A stretch of 63,589 nucleotides of DNA, the filler included, from Octopus bimaculoides (lineage: Eukaryota): assembly GCF_001194135.2 (NCBI RefSeq). It is 6 parts of 5 records of this genome, joined end to end, with 100 filler letters (N's around TTAATTAATTAA, not from the genome) between each part and the next. Parts side by side here need not be neighbours in the genome. Positions count along the whole stretch, not along the records: positions 12,423 to 31,182 come from NC_068992.1; 5 more parts are not named here. One strand, 5' to 3'. Below are positions 13,320 to 26,039 of this stretch, piece by piece. Every line of letters begins with the position of its first letter. The first letter of the stretch is position 1. A program made the translations under genes and the position numbers. A model generated the notes under the pieces. The model saw nothing but the letters and a program-made list of their open reading frames with translations, had not been told where the DNA came from and did no database searches.

Positions 13320-14100
13320 ATATTCGTCTCGATGAACTTTTTCAATTGAGTTCAAAAAGTATTACTTTTCTTTAGCAAAGACAAAATTATTTTGACTTCT
13401 AAAATCTATCACCTTTCTTTCGGCACTTAAAGCCACACAGGTTTCTTTCTAGCTACTATGTTTTGACATGGTTTTCACATTAATATTCTTCTCATAAAGA
13501 TCTTTTACCTGAAGTAATTCTCGCACGCAGAATACCAGTGAAAACAGCTTAGAAGATTGGCTAAATACTCTTAAAAAACGGGAAAGCTGCTACGGAGTAT
13601 CGAACCCTGTTACACTCAAATCCCCGTTTGAATGGTACACGGTACCATTAAGCTAAGAAATCCACTATATCAGTTACAAACATCTTAAAATGACAAAATA
13701 TTATTTTTTCGTCACTTAAAGCCACATCATTATTTTGTAGTAAATATTTTTGACGAGGCTTTCACCATAAAATTCATCTCACAGAGCTCTTTCATTTGGA
13801 CACAACTTTTGAATAGTTTTCTTGTACATTAGCTGAGATATTTTGATTCAAAGTCTCTTTTGGGGCTTACTATTTTTCTTCACTTAAAGCCGCACAATTT
13901 AAAAAAAGTATAGATTCAGTTGAAAAAAATATACTCAGTGAGGAGAGTTTTTCGTTAAAAGCTTCGTTAAAGTATTAGCTAGCTAATATATTTTAACGAA
14001 GTTTTCACCAAAATATTCTTCTCGGTGACACTTTTCTTTTCAAATAACTGAGATATTTTGATTCAGAGTCAATTTTTCATCTTACTCTTCCTTTCTTGAC
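13320..14100. repeat. Degenerate tandem repeat with a tRNA-like insert
   Basis: cacttaaagcc at 13424, 13713 and 13881; tttcac...aatattcttctc-like motif three times; ctgagatattttgattca at 13833 and 14048. Minus-strand A/B-box-like piece at 13594-13655. Confidence 0.55.
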
Positions 14101-14299
14101 CTCACATATTTGGATGTAACATTTTTTAAATGAAACAATTTTCATTTATTTTATCTAAAAATGTAGCTGAATCCTGTTTCATCATTGCTAAGAAACCGCC
14201 TGAGAAATGAATTAGTGTTAAAACCTAGAAGTGATCGCCAGTAACTAAAAGTTGAGCTTAAGAATATATTTACCCATTGCTGTGGGTGAACCGCATATG

Positions 14300-17200
14300 T
14301 TTTATTTTATTTGTGAAGGCCTATTCCCCATAGGAAGGGGTAGCCACAACAAGACTCACACCAGGTATTCTATTCATTTCCCAGCTCAAAGAGGCGAGCC
14401 CCGTTCTATGCTCGGGTCAAGGCACAGAAAGCAACCCCCGATATCAGCAGCGGGACCCGGCAGCATATGCTGGTTTACCCCCACCGTGTCATGCTGGTTC
14501 CGTACCCTTTTGAGCAGCATCAATTCACTCATTCTTCCACAAACCCTCTCCAAGCTTTCCTATCATTTATAAACTCTGTTGCCTCTCTCACCATCAAAGC
14601 TTTCCTCACTCCATCCATCCATCCACACAAACCGAAGTCTTCCTCTGGTTCTGCTACCTACCACTTCTGCCTTCACTACGCTCCTTACAATTCGCTCCTC
14701 ATCCATCCTCTCCATGTGGCCAAACCAGCTCAACATTCGTCTATCCATTCTGGTTCATATATTTTCTCTCATTCATGCTCAACTTGGCACCTCCTCATTT
14801 CCCATCCTGTCCAATCGTGTCACACCAACCATCGCCCTCAAACATCTCATCGCAAACACATTTAGGCGCCACCTGTCAGTCTGTCTCAGACCCCACGTCT
14901 CTGCACCATATAACATTGTCGGCACAATTACACCCTCATGCATACCTCTTTTCGCTTTCATACTCGACCGTTTATCTCTCACCATACCTTTCACAATTCC
15001 AAGTATCTCACTCCCTCCTCACTCTATATCCCACTTCCTCAGCCAACAACCCATCCGCTGTCACATGCGATCCCAGATACGTAAAAACATTCACCTCCTC
15101 TAATATCTCACCATTTAAACTCACATTCATCCTGCCAGTCATTCCATCTCTCGAACATCTCATCACCTTACACTTAGCTACATTCACATTCAGTTTCCTC
15201 CTCTCACACACACTTTTAAACTCTACCACCAGTCTCCTCAGTTGCTCTTCCGAATCTGCCACCAGTGCTGTGTCATCAGCAAGCAACAACTGACTCACTT
15301 GCCATTTCTCTCCATTTACTTCCACTATTTGGGCTCCTCTACCAAAGGTTCTAGCACTCACCTCTCTCACCACACCATCCATCACGGAGACATCACAGGA
15401 CCCTAACTTAACTCCAGCTTCACATCAAACCACTCATTTTACCACCCACCCTAACGCACGCCCGACTTTCTCTATAGAAACTCTCAACAATGTACAGCTC
15501 TCAACAATCTGCCATCTCCTCCATACAACTGCAACTCCTTCCACATTGCATCCATATCCACACGGTCATATTCCTTCTCTAGGTCCATAAAGACCCAACA
15601 TACCTCCCTCCCTTTTGCCACATATCTGCCTTACTACAAATATCTGATCTGTACACTCCTTTCCACTCCTAAAACTGCACTGCTCCTCCCTTAGTACATT
15701 CTCTGTCTGGTTCCTCACCCTTACAATCAGAATTCTCTCATACAGTTTACCAACCACACATAACAGACCTATACCCCTAAAATCTTCACAATCACATTTA
15801 TCCCCTTTCCCATTGTACAGTGGCACTATACATGCACTATACAAGCACTGCCCCAGTCCCTTGGTACTCTTCCATCCACATAACAAACAATCATAAGCCT
15901 CACTAGCTATTTAATAACTGTCACTCCATCTTTCTTTAGGCATTCCACTGTACACGCATCTATACCTGGTGCCTTCAGGTTTGCCATTTTGCGCAACTCC
16001 TCTCTCCTCCTACAACCACTATTCTTGCCTTCCTATTATCTCCACATTTAACAGCGCGCTAAAATCCACTGCCCATCTCCTTTCTACATTCTAAATTCCT
16101 TTCAAAAAATTTCCATTCACATCTTTCTCCCTTTCTTCCCTTCCTCCATCCACCTTCCTTACCCTCTGTACCGCTTCCCAAACATATTTTTATTCCTTAC
16201 AAAATATTCATATAACTTTTTCCCAAACTTTTTCCTCGCCTACCATTTCGTCACCCTCACCACACTATTCACTCTCCTCTTCACTTCTCTGTAACGATCA
16301 TAAGCCTCTCCATCCCTTTTCTGCATCCACTTTTCAAAGGCCCTTTTCTTCTCTGCCACTGCATCCCTTACCTGTTAATTACATCATTTACTACCTTTCC
16401 TCACACCCATTCCAACCACTCGTGTATCATATACCTCAGAGGCACAACTCATTACTGTCTCTCTACAAGCCTCCCACTCCTCGCCCACAACTCCTACCTC
16501 CCATTTCTTAACCTTTTCATATTCACCTCTCAATCTCTTTACATAATCCTGCCCCTTCACTCTTCTATTCAATTCACTCACCTTCACAACCTCTCTCCTC
16601 TGTCACTCGTCTAGCATTCTATTTTGAGCATACCTTCAACTTACCCTGTACTAAGAAGTGATCTGACACTCCTCCATCTTCACATCTCATTACATGTACA
16701 TCAACCAAACCTTCCTACTACTCTCTTATCAATTAATACATAATCCATCAAAGCCCTATCTGCTAGTGTTCCTCCCTCCACTCTCCAACATGTGAACTTG
16801 TTTTTCTCCCACATTTTAAAAAGACCATTCTCCAACACTAACTCATGTTCCATACACAATTCCAATAACCTCTCTCCTCTCTCATTCCGATCAGGAACTC
16901 CATATTTGCCTACTACATTTTCTACTTCCTCACTCGTGCATTCAAATAACCCAACACCATTATATAGCCACTTTTCCTCACCTAATCCACATGGTCTATC
17001 AGTTCCCTCCAGAACTCCTCTGCTTCTTCCTTACTCCTTTCACTTCTGGACTATATGCACTAAAAAACCCCACATCTCTCCTCTCCACCTCAACTTAACC
17101 TACATTAACCTTGAAGACACTTCCCCTACTCCACCACACTCTCCTGAACACGCTCGCTCACTAGCAATGGTTATCACTCTAGACTAAATCCAGTAGTGGA

Positions 17201-17471
17201 ATCATGAGGTTTTGGTTTCAAGGTGTGAGGATTGTGGAACCACCTCTTAGCCACTATTATTCGCAGGTCTACTCCAGCCCGTAGGTGTAGCACATGTTAG
17301 GGTCCCAGCTGTGGGTTAAATAGCAAACCCCACTGCGACTGGTAGGGGCACCGGTAGAATGCAGTCGCTGTATTCCCTGCTTGGCGTAAGAATCGACTAA
17401 AAGCGGTGGGAGCAAAGGGACTGGGAATCCACTCCTCCTAGTAATTCTATTTTCTAAAAGGACAAGAAAAG
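14300..17471 (-). mobile_element. Near full-length RTE-clade LINE (APE + RT), inactivated
   Basis: IVPLYNGKGDKCDCEDFRGIGLL, EEQCSFRSGKECTDQIF, LLLADDTALVADSEEQL, VIVPTMLYGAETW, WFGHMERMDEER. RTE-type 5' motif ttttagtcgattcttacg and (TAAAA)-like tail at 14300. Multiple stops and frameshifts. Confidence 0.9.
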
Positions 17472-19661
17472 ATATATATGTACAAACATTTATATCCATA
17501 CTTATACGCATATATTAGCAACTGATTTTCTAACAAGCATGTCATGGCGAAGATATGGTTATAATTTCGAAAGATGTTTCGTTAGCGTTCAAGTGGGAAG
17601 ATTTCAATCGTATTGATCAACATCAATTGTACGTTTTTACAAATGTTAGTTTTTCTAATGTCCAACAATCATTCTTAAGGTTTCAAATAAATTCAAATAT
17701 GTTGCACGTCTTCCTAGTTGGAATGCTAATAAGTTTTAGAATTTGGTTCCAGTTAAGTCTTATTAATAACTTATTCTATATGAGGAAAATATATCAAGTC
17801 GTAAAAGCAACGATCAAGGCACCGTTTTGTACCTTCGTATAAAATTTTAAACACAAGGCAGGAAAATTATCTGAATTTACAATATAATTTATGCCCCCGT
17901 AAATGTAACTTATTACCCATGTCTCTATATCGTGAGTGTTGAAGCTATATAACTGCAACAACCCTTACAAATGACCTTTGATATTTACTGACCATGCAGG
18001 ATACGACTTGAATACATGCTGAACTAGAGCAAAAGATGATATACATTGTAGTAAGTAAGATGAAAATGAGTTTATGAATATAAACCTATTGAATGTTGAA
18101 ACTCGAACCGTAGATATGAGAAATATTATTTTTCCGAGCGTATTCAACTCGTTCACAGCACAAAGTATACGAAAGACGCACTCAGTATAACATTATCTGA
18201 AAATAATGCTTTTTGTTCAAAACAGTTCTCTTTATATTTCAGCGCGAATGAACATATCGTTCTGAAAAAAATTCAAATATGTGAGGTGATAATACTTTTG
18301 AAGATACTGAAGGTGTCTTTTATTTTCAACAGACAAAGAACTTTCTTTTCAGTCATATTTATTTGTAAAATGTCAAACAGCTAAACTCTATGTCTACCGT
18401 ATAAAAGAATGTCCAAATTCACTTTCGATTAGATACTTGACAGTGGTGAAATATTGACTATTACTAAATAATGTGAATTTTACTTTTTTCTTAAGAAATT
18501 ACCTACATTCAAACATACAAATATACATATGCATACAAATACATTCATACATACATACATTAAACACACAAACATACACGAACACGTATATACAGACAGA
18601 TATAGATATAGATATTTAGATATATATACTTATTCACTCAAACATTCGATCCATTTTAAAGCAGATTGCACTATCTAGTTACAAAATCTAAGAAATGAAG
18701 AGCGCTAATGTTAAGATCTAGCAAAAGTGTAAAAGCGGTATAAATATCAAGGTGGACATACAAAATATAAAATATATTTTATATATTGAAAGAAATTAAT
18801 TTTTTTTTCAATATTTGATAACATATTAAATTGCAATGTTAACAGCCTTCCTGACTTATAAATCATTTTATTCCTACATGAAGGGTTGACAAGTTTCACA
18901 TCTTAGACGTTACTACTGTACCATGAAGCTACATTATGAGCATGCGCTGTTCTCACTGTTGGTAATCTTGATTTCTTTATTTATTGAGTGGAGGGACTTC
19001 TTTATGCATACAGATTCCGCTCTAGTAGGGTTACCCAGAGAATTGCAAGCAGTGCTAGGAGTTCATTCGGTGCATTTGCAGTTTCCTAAATTGACACACA
19101 CTAGATATATATTGACTCAACTATGTTTATTGCAAGGTTATCTATTTTAATGTACAACACCCTAGTGGTACTCCGAAAGACTATGTGTTCTGCAGCCATA
19201 ATATTCGAATAATAATCATAGGGCGGCATTTTTTGTGGTTTGTAGTTTCTGGACATCGTATGAGCAGATTTCTATTGGTGGAATGCATGGGTAATCAATG
19301 GTTACCTACATATTCTGGTGGATGAGTTTCCCTCGGGTACTACACAGTGATTTCTTCCACATGTTAGGATGTCATGATACAGAGTTGTATATAACGTATA
19401 AAATTTCTCCAGGAGAAATCCAATGACACTACAAAGTATATAGGTGAAACATAAGCAGCCCGTAGTGTAGATATAAGGAATCATAACCGATAATGTTGGC
19501 CTCAGCAGAATTAAATCCTGACAGTACCTACAAATACCGTAATATATTTCATCCGACATTTTAATCATTCTCTCACGTCAACGTTTGATTAAAATTCGTA
19601 CTGACTATAGTCCTTCTGCAGTAATATTCCATCGAGTTGAAGAACACGCTAGAGCAGGTTG

Positions 19662-19843
19662 TACTACCTACCTACCTACCTACCTACCTACCTACCTACT
19701 TACCTACCTACCTACATACCTACATACCTACCTACCTACCTACCTAACTTCCTACCTATCTACATACCTACCTACTTACCTACCTACCAACATACATACA
19801 TACATACTTACCTAACTACCTACCTACCTACCTACCTACCTAT

Positions 19844-19877
<34 letters not shown>

Positions 19878-19930
19878 ACCTACCTACCTACCTACCTATC
19901 TATCTATCTATCTATATATCTATATATCTA
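19662..19930. repeat. Compound tetranucleotide microsatellite (TACC)n/(TACA)n/(TGCC)n/(TATC)n
   Basis: Directly visible. Confidence 0.95.
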
Positions 19931-20111
19931 ATTATCTATCTACCCCTCTCTCTCCTCTCTCTATCTCTCTATATATATTACAAAATTAAGAGGAATGAAC
20001 ATAATATAATTTTTAATCTTCGGATTTTTTAAATATGCTAAGTCACTGGCTTTAATTGATTAATATCAATTTCTACCCTTATTATTTAATTTTATTTACA
20101 CACACACACAC

Positions 20112-20161
<50 letters not shown>

Positions 20162-22143
20162 GCACACACATTTATATATATATATATATGTATATATATA
20201 TTAGGAAAGAAATAAAATGAAAGAACAAAACACTGCAGATCGCTTTACAAGACTAAAGAATATATTCAAATCGTCATAGCAAAAGTATTGAACAACATTA
20301 TACAAAATAATACTTTTTTTCCTCTAACATAATAAACGGTTGCGCTAACAATTTTCAAAGTTTGAGTGTTAGATGCAAATTTTCTATCTCAGGCGTGGCT
20401 GTTTGGTGAGTAGCTTGCTTTCCAACCATTCCATAAATTGAACGAGAACGTAAAGTTCATTAATGCCCATGGCAACTAACCTAGCTCAGTCAAAAAACCA
20501 CTAATAGAAAATATTAGTAAAAGAATTTCCATGTTTTGAATAAAATGAAACGGAAGGCATACTTCCATGATAACAATAATTATAATACTAAGAATTTAGA
20601 AGATGAAGATTACTTTAAAAACAATTTTAAATTTAAGAAGAACCCCCAAATAAATGGGCTTTACAAGATTTCGAGGATAAAATATCGGGCATGCTTAAAT
20701 ATATCAAATTTAAAAAAATACGCGAATGGACATAACGAGCACCTAAGAAACATAGCTAATACAATAAATAAATCGAAGAATATGCAAGGAATAATAGTCC
20801 AATCGGATAAAACAAGGAACCTATATAGACTAGATATACACCTATATGATAATCGTCTAGAAAAAGAAATAAAAGAAAGGATAAAATTGTTAGTGAAGGT
20901 CAATTAAATAAGATTAACAATATATCTAAAAAAAATCATAACGAAATAGGATTTAGGAAATAGAAGTGAACCATATGTCCCTATGCACCCTTAAACAATC
21001 ATTACGGACCATAAAAACATGTTTTATTCGAACCCTCAAGTAAGACTGATAAATCCGACATAGGAAGATTAAGTTAACTTGTATCAGATAAATATATAGA
21101 TAAACTTAATAAGTAAATATTCTTAAACTATGGAGTTGTACCCGAGATATATTAAATTGGTTCAACAATATTAAAGATTAGAATAGGTGTAAATACATCC
21201 AAATAGATATAGAAAATTGCTATTCATGTATTAACGAGATTATTCTGAATAAGGCCCTTATATACGCTATGAGAAAGGTTAATATAACATATGATGAAGT
21301 TATTGTAGTATTTATGGCGAGGAAATTCCTAATCAGATATTAGACGTAAAAATAAACTATGGGCTTGGAAGGACACAATGGATTGCTTCGATATACCCAT
21401 GGGTGCCCCAGACTCGGCACAAATAACAGATTTAGTAGGAATATATTTTCTGAACTTGGGTTTGAACATCTTAACTTAGAAGGAGGTCTTTATTGGGATG
21501 ACCTACTCCTGATATCGAAAAACTGCACTAATAGATCATTAAAAAATATAAAGAAAAAATTATATATTTGTTTAAAGAATTATGGTCTATATATATTTAT
21601 AGAGAAAGAGCACTCTGTTGTTAACTAGCTGGATACAAACCTAAACTTAGTAACCAATAAAACCCAACCATTCCATAAATTAAACGAGAACCTAAAGTGC
21701 ATTAATGCCCATAGCAACCAACCTAGTTTAGTCAAAAAAAGCGCTAATAGAAAATATAGGTAAAAGAATTTCCATGTTATCCTCGGATATCGATACTTTT
21801 AATAAACATGCCCCTTACTATAATAGAGCATTAAAAGAAACAGGATATAATGCAAAAATTAAATTCTATAATAATTATGGACCAAAGAATAATACATGTA
21901 ATTACCCTAACGCTCAAACTAACTATAGAGGTAATAGCAAAGATAATAATAGACAATATAAGGAAAGAAATAAAGATAAATATAATAAAAGTATAAATAA
22001 AAATAATATTAATAAAAATGATCATAGTAAGGATAATACCAAAAAGAATTCGAATGGAAATAAGCATAAGTAGTATATACCCTCGAAGAATACAATGAGA
22101 GAACAATAATAATAAGATGAATTATAATAATAGTAATATTAAT

Positions 22144-22611
22144 GTTAGAAATGGTACATGTCTAAATCTCTCAGAGAGACTTAGGCAGTAGTGATACGAT
22201 AAAGTAGTTGTATACTATCAACTTAATGTGACAGTCTCAATAAGGGAATCATACTACAGCTACTTAGCCCTAGGAAGCTGCACCGCTTCCTGTCGGCCTT
22301 GACACATTACCTGTGTCCTTATGTTTACGAGGGGGAGACAAGCACCTCTAAATCTCTCAGAGAGCAAAAGCTCAGAAACATGTCCCTGGATTCAGGTTTG
22401 GCTGGGGGAGGTGCTTGTCTCCCCATCGTAAACATAAGAACACAGGAAATGTGTCAAGGCCGACATGAAGTGGTGCAGCTTTCTAGGGCTAAATAGCAGT
22501 AGTATGATTCCCTTATTGGGACTGTCATGTTAAGTTGACAGTATACAACTACTGTATCGTATTACCACTGTTTCAGTCTCTCTGAGAGATTTAGAAATGT
22601 ATCATTACTAA
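22144..22611. repeat. Long inverted repeat (~205-bp arms, ~60-bp spacer) plus a third direct copy at 22700-22905
   Basis: 22144-22348 is the reverse complement of 22408-22611 with scattered mismatches (e.g. ctagggctaa...tatgattcccttatt...atacaactact). Confidence 0.9.
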
Positions 22612-22696
22612 TTTTTGTAATCAGTGAATGTGTTTTACTAGAATTATTATGTTTACGAGAGCTAGACAGGTATCTTCAGCCAGAAAGTCATACTAG

Positions 22697-22739
22697 TCCA
22701 GGCTGATGACGTGCAAGAACTCAGAAACTTGTCCCTGGA
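22697..22739 (+). ncRNA. Minimal type-I hammerhead ribozyme motif (Penelope-type)
   Basis: Stem I UCCAGG/CCUGGA, core CUGAUGA, degenerate stem II, GAAAC-UU-GUC cleavage site. The sister copy at 22362-22390 shows an intact stem II GAGC-AAAA-GCUC and palindromic stem III ACAUGU. Confidence 0.7.
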
Positions 22740-23160
22740 TGCAGGCTTGGCTGGGGGAGGTGCTTGTCTCACCCTCCTAAAGATCAGGACATAGGAAATG
22801 TGTCAAGGCCGACAGAAAGCGGTGCAGCTTCCTCGGGCTAAATAGTAGTAGTATGATTCCCTTATTAGGACTTTCACGTTACGTTGACAGCATACAACTA
22901 CTTTAATATTAATGATAAAAACCTAAGGATATAATATTGTTAATTATCCCTTATGGGGTCCAAATCAAAACTAACTTAATTAGAAAAATTCTGAATATAA
23001 TTAAAATATCCTTTAAAAACAATAAAGAGTATTCGAAAATATTCTAAAAAAAAAATACTAGCAGATTGGGATATTCGACAACAAGAAACGTAAGTAATAT
23101 TATATCCGCTATAAACAACTTCAAATTAATTAAATTCTATAATCATTTTATCATTTTTCA

Positions 23161-24092
23161 TTTTATCTAGTTTCTGCTCATGAGCTGTGGCCATGCTGCG
23201 GCACCGCCATTTGGTGTTGCTACACAATTTTACTTCATGAATTTTACTTCAGGAATTGACATTTGGTGCATGAGAGAGTTTGATGCAGCTGCTCTCATCT
23301 GCGCCTCCTGCCATGAAGTTGGTTCATCTGGGACACCTGACAGGAAGAGGTCCAGCCTTGTCTTGAAGACACCTACATCCACCGCATGCAGGTCTCTCAG
23401 GTCCTTCGGGAGGATATTGAAGAGCTGTGGACCTTTGAAGCCCAGGCTATTGCAGTATCTTGTCCTACATCTTGATGGCAAATTTGGAGTCCTTGGCACT
23501 ATGCAATGGCGTCCAGTTCTTTTATTTGTGTAACTTTCNNNNNNNNNNNNNNNNNNNNNNNNNNNNNNNNNNNNNNNGGATCTTCCAGATGTATATTATG
23601 GCATATCTTTCTCGTCTACGCTCTAAGGAATAGAGTCTTAATCTCTTGAGTCTTTCCCAATAGCTTATATGCTGCATAGAGGCTATCTTCTTCGTGTAGC
23701 TTCGTTGGATTGCCTCAAGTTCTGAGATTAATTTGACACTGGTTGGTGACCATAGCTAAGAGCAATAGTCAAAGTGGCTTAGAACAAGTGTCTTCCAGAG
23801 CACCATCATGGTTTCCTGATCTCTTGTTCTAAAAGTCCTTAGAATCCATCCGGTCAGTCACCTGCATTTCATTGACAATTTAGCAACATGAACATGAAAG
23901 GATGCATTATTACTCATATAGATGCCCAGGTCTCCCACTGTCTCTGCCTCTGGGATTGCAGTCCCTCTAGGTCCAGTGTATTTAATGGGTTCTGCATTTA
24001 GTTTTGCATGCTGATAGCATAAGGCTTGACACTTTTCAGCATTAAACTGCATGTTATTCTTTTCAGCCCACTTGTATATTTCATCCAGCTCA
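23161..24092 (-). mobile_element. 5'-truncated CR1-group LINE inserted into the Penelope-like element
   Basis: LDEIYKWAEKNNMQFNAEKC, DLGIYMS, WILRTFRTRD, DYCSQLWSP, NSLGFKGPQLFNILP...FKTRLDLFLSGVPDEP...RAAASNSL; short 3' UTR. Confidence 0.85.
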
Positions 24093-24793
24093 CATTATAA
24101 CAAAGTTTACTAATATTAATAATAGCTACGGAAGAAATATAACAAACAAAATACATAACCTTATACTAAATAAATACACATATAAATATAAATCAAAATG
24201 TAGGCTTAATAATAATTGCAACCTAGATAGTGTAATTTATAAATGTACTGTAACCTCTACTGATGATAATAATAATAAGAAAAAAGAATATATAGGTTCC
24301 ACAGTGATCGAAATTAAAAGAAGAATTTCCCAGCATTATCAATCCTTTAAAAATCCCAAATTAAGTAATTCGACAGGTCTAAGTAAATATATGTGGGAAT
24401 TGAAATCTGAAAAAAATAGAATACACCCTGAATTGGAATATCATTAGTAGAGCTAAGTCATATGGAATAGGTAATAAAATGTGCTTGTTATGCACTACTT
24501 AGTTTATGATAATACTCCAATCGAAAGAAGTATTATTGAACAGTACAAAAGAAAGGGGAAGAAAATGCCGACGCAAAAATAGCTTTACGTATAATAAAAT
24601 GAAAAATATATGAAAACAATAACAATAAACTCCCCCCCCCCCCAATATGTGATCTCTTAAACAATTATGTGGAAGATAGTTAAATGCAGTTTTAATAGAA
24701 TAATATAATAATATTAGATACGGGCGTATATAAAATCAAGAATAAAAGTAAAGAATATTACCTTAAAAAGGCCATGTATTAAATATATTATGT

Positions 24794-25360
24794 GCGCATT
24801 GGTTTGTGTCCTTGTTTGTGTGTGTGTGTATGTGTGTGTGTGCGTGTGTGTGTGTGTGTGTGTATGTGTGAGTATGCTTGTGTGTGTTTTATAGTTTTAT
24901 CTGCAGTGTGGCCTTCCCCTCAAGTTTATCCTCTCACCCAATTGTATTGCTGCAATTCTAAGACCCGAAAAAATATATGGTACATTTCCTGTATTTCTGT
25001 GTGTATGTGTTCGCCTTGTCATCATCGTAGTAGTTGTTGCTCTAATTGCCATCGTTGTCACCGCTGCTGCTGCCGACCGTATTAGTTGTTTTGTTGACAT
25101 TGTTATGTCCCTCCATGAAGTTTCATGTATGTGTGTTTGCATGTGTGTATGGATTCTCTTCGTATGTATCCTTGCCCTTTATATAATTTCATTTATTTCT
25201 CTGTCTTACGTTTATCATAGGTATGGGGTGAGATGTTGGGGCTGAAGGGAAGGCCACACTGCTCCTAAAAACTTACATACACACAAGCATACACACACAT
25301 ACACACACACATACACACACACGTACACACACACACAAACAAGGTCACAAAAGCATGCGC
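24794..25360. repeat. Foldback / MITE-like inverted repeat with microsatellite-containing arms
   Basis: Arms 24794-24940 and 25224-25360 share gcgcat..tttgtg.ccttgtttg(tg)n...tatgcttgtgtgt...gcagtgtggccttccc.tca...tctcaccc in opposite orientation. Confidence 0.7.
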
Positions 25361-25672
25361 TTAGAAGAACAGACTGGAGTAAGTGGAGCAAGAACACACA
25401 CGAAAAGGAAAAGTGTCGCTGAAGAGGACACAGACGTGTGATGAAAGACTTCCCGACAATGGACATGAGTTAAAATAATAAAATAAGAACAGTAATAAAT
25501 GAGTGAGAAAAATATATATAGTGCATGTGTTTATTTGGCAAAAATATGAACATCCGGAAATACAACAGCATATATGTATTCTCATATATATATNNNNNNN
25601 NNNNNNNNNNNNNNNNNNNNNNNNNNNNNNNNNNNNNNNNNNNNNNNNNNNNNNNNNNNNNNNNNNNNNNNN

Positions 25673-25701
<29 letters not shown>

Positions 25702-25704
<3 letters not shown>

Positions 25705-25863
25705 CGACGGGCTTCTTTTATTTTCCGTCTACCAAATTCCCTCACAAGGCTTACATCGGCCTGAGGCTATAGGAGAAGACACTCGGTCAAGGTGCCACGC
25801 AGTGGGACCGAAACCGGAACAATGTGGTTCGGAAGCAAGCTCCTTACCACACCAGCGCGCCTA
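25702..25863 (-). mobile_element. OR/CORE-like SINE, 5' half
   Basis: Reverse complement gtggtaaggagcttgcttccgaaccacattgttccggtttcggtcccactgcgtggcaccttgaccgagtgtcttctcctatagcctcaggccga. Confidence 0.8.
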
Positions 25864-26039
25864 TATATATTCACACACATACACACACATATGCGTACAT
25901 ACACACGCACATTTATATATCGAGAGACAGACATAGAACAAGATATGTGTATGTATTAGTATACGTGTGTGTATCCGTATGTACGTTCTATATGGTTCGA
26001 TCCTGAGCATTTACCTGAATAATGCGGTGTACAAATTGG

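Larger units (their letters stand above)
20420..24600 (+). mobile_element. Penelope-like element (RT + GIY-YIG), decayed, interrupted by an inverted-repeat block and a CR1
   Basis: RT motifs PMG...GGLYWDDLLLI, AHSNQP, SKRISMLSSDIDTFNKHAPYYNRALKETGY. Linker IPYGVQIKTNLIRKIL...YSTTRN (22945-23110). GIY-YIG SVIYKCTV...EYIGST...LSKYMWELK...CLLC (24225-24500). Confidence 0.85.

Noticed and set aside
13594-13655. tRNA-like A and B boxes on the minus strand
   Set aside because: No cloverleaf can be formed; a SINE-head remnant rather than a tRNA gene. The same holds for the 39760-39822 and 49190-49250 heads.
17520-18200. AT-rich stretch with partly open frames
   Set aside because: No recognisable motif or splice structure; cannot be assigned without a search.
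25215-25466. ORF containing GKSFITRLCPLQRH, superficially zinc-finger-like, considered as Zic exon 2
   Set aside because: Lacks C2H2 spacing and the Zic ZF4/5 residues, and overlaps repeat arms.
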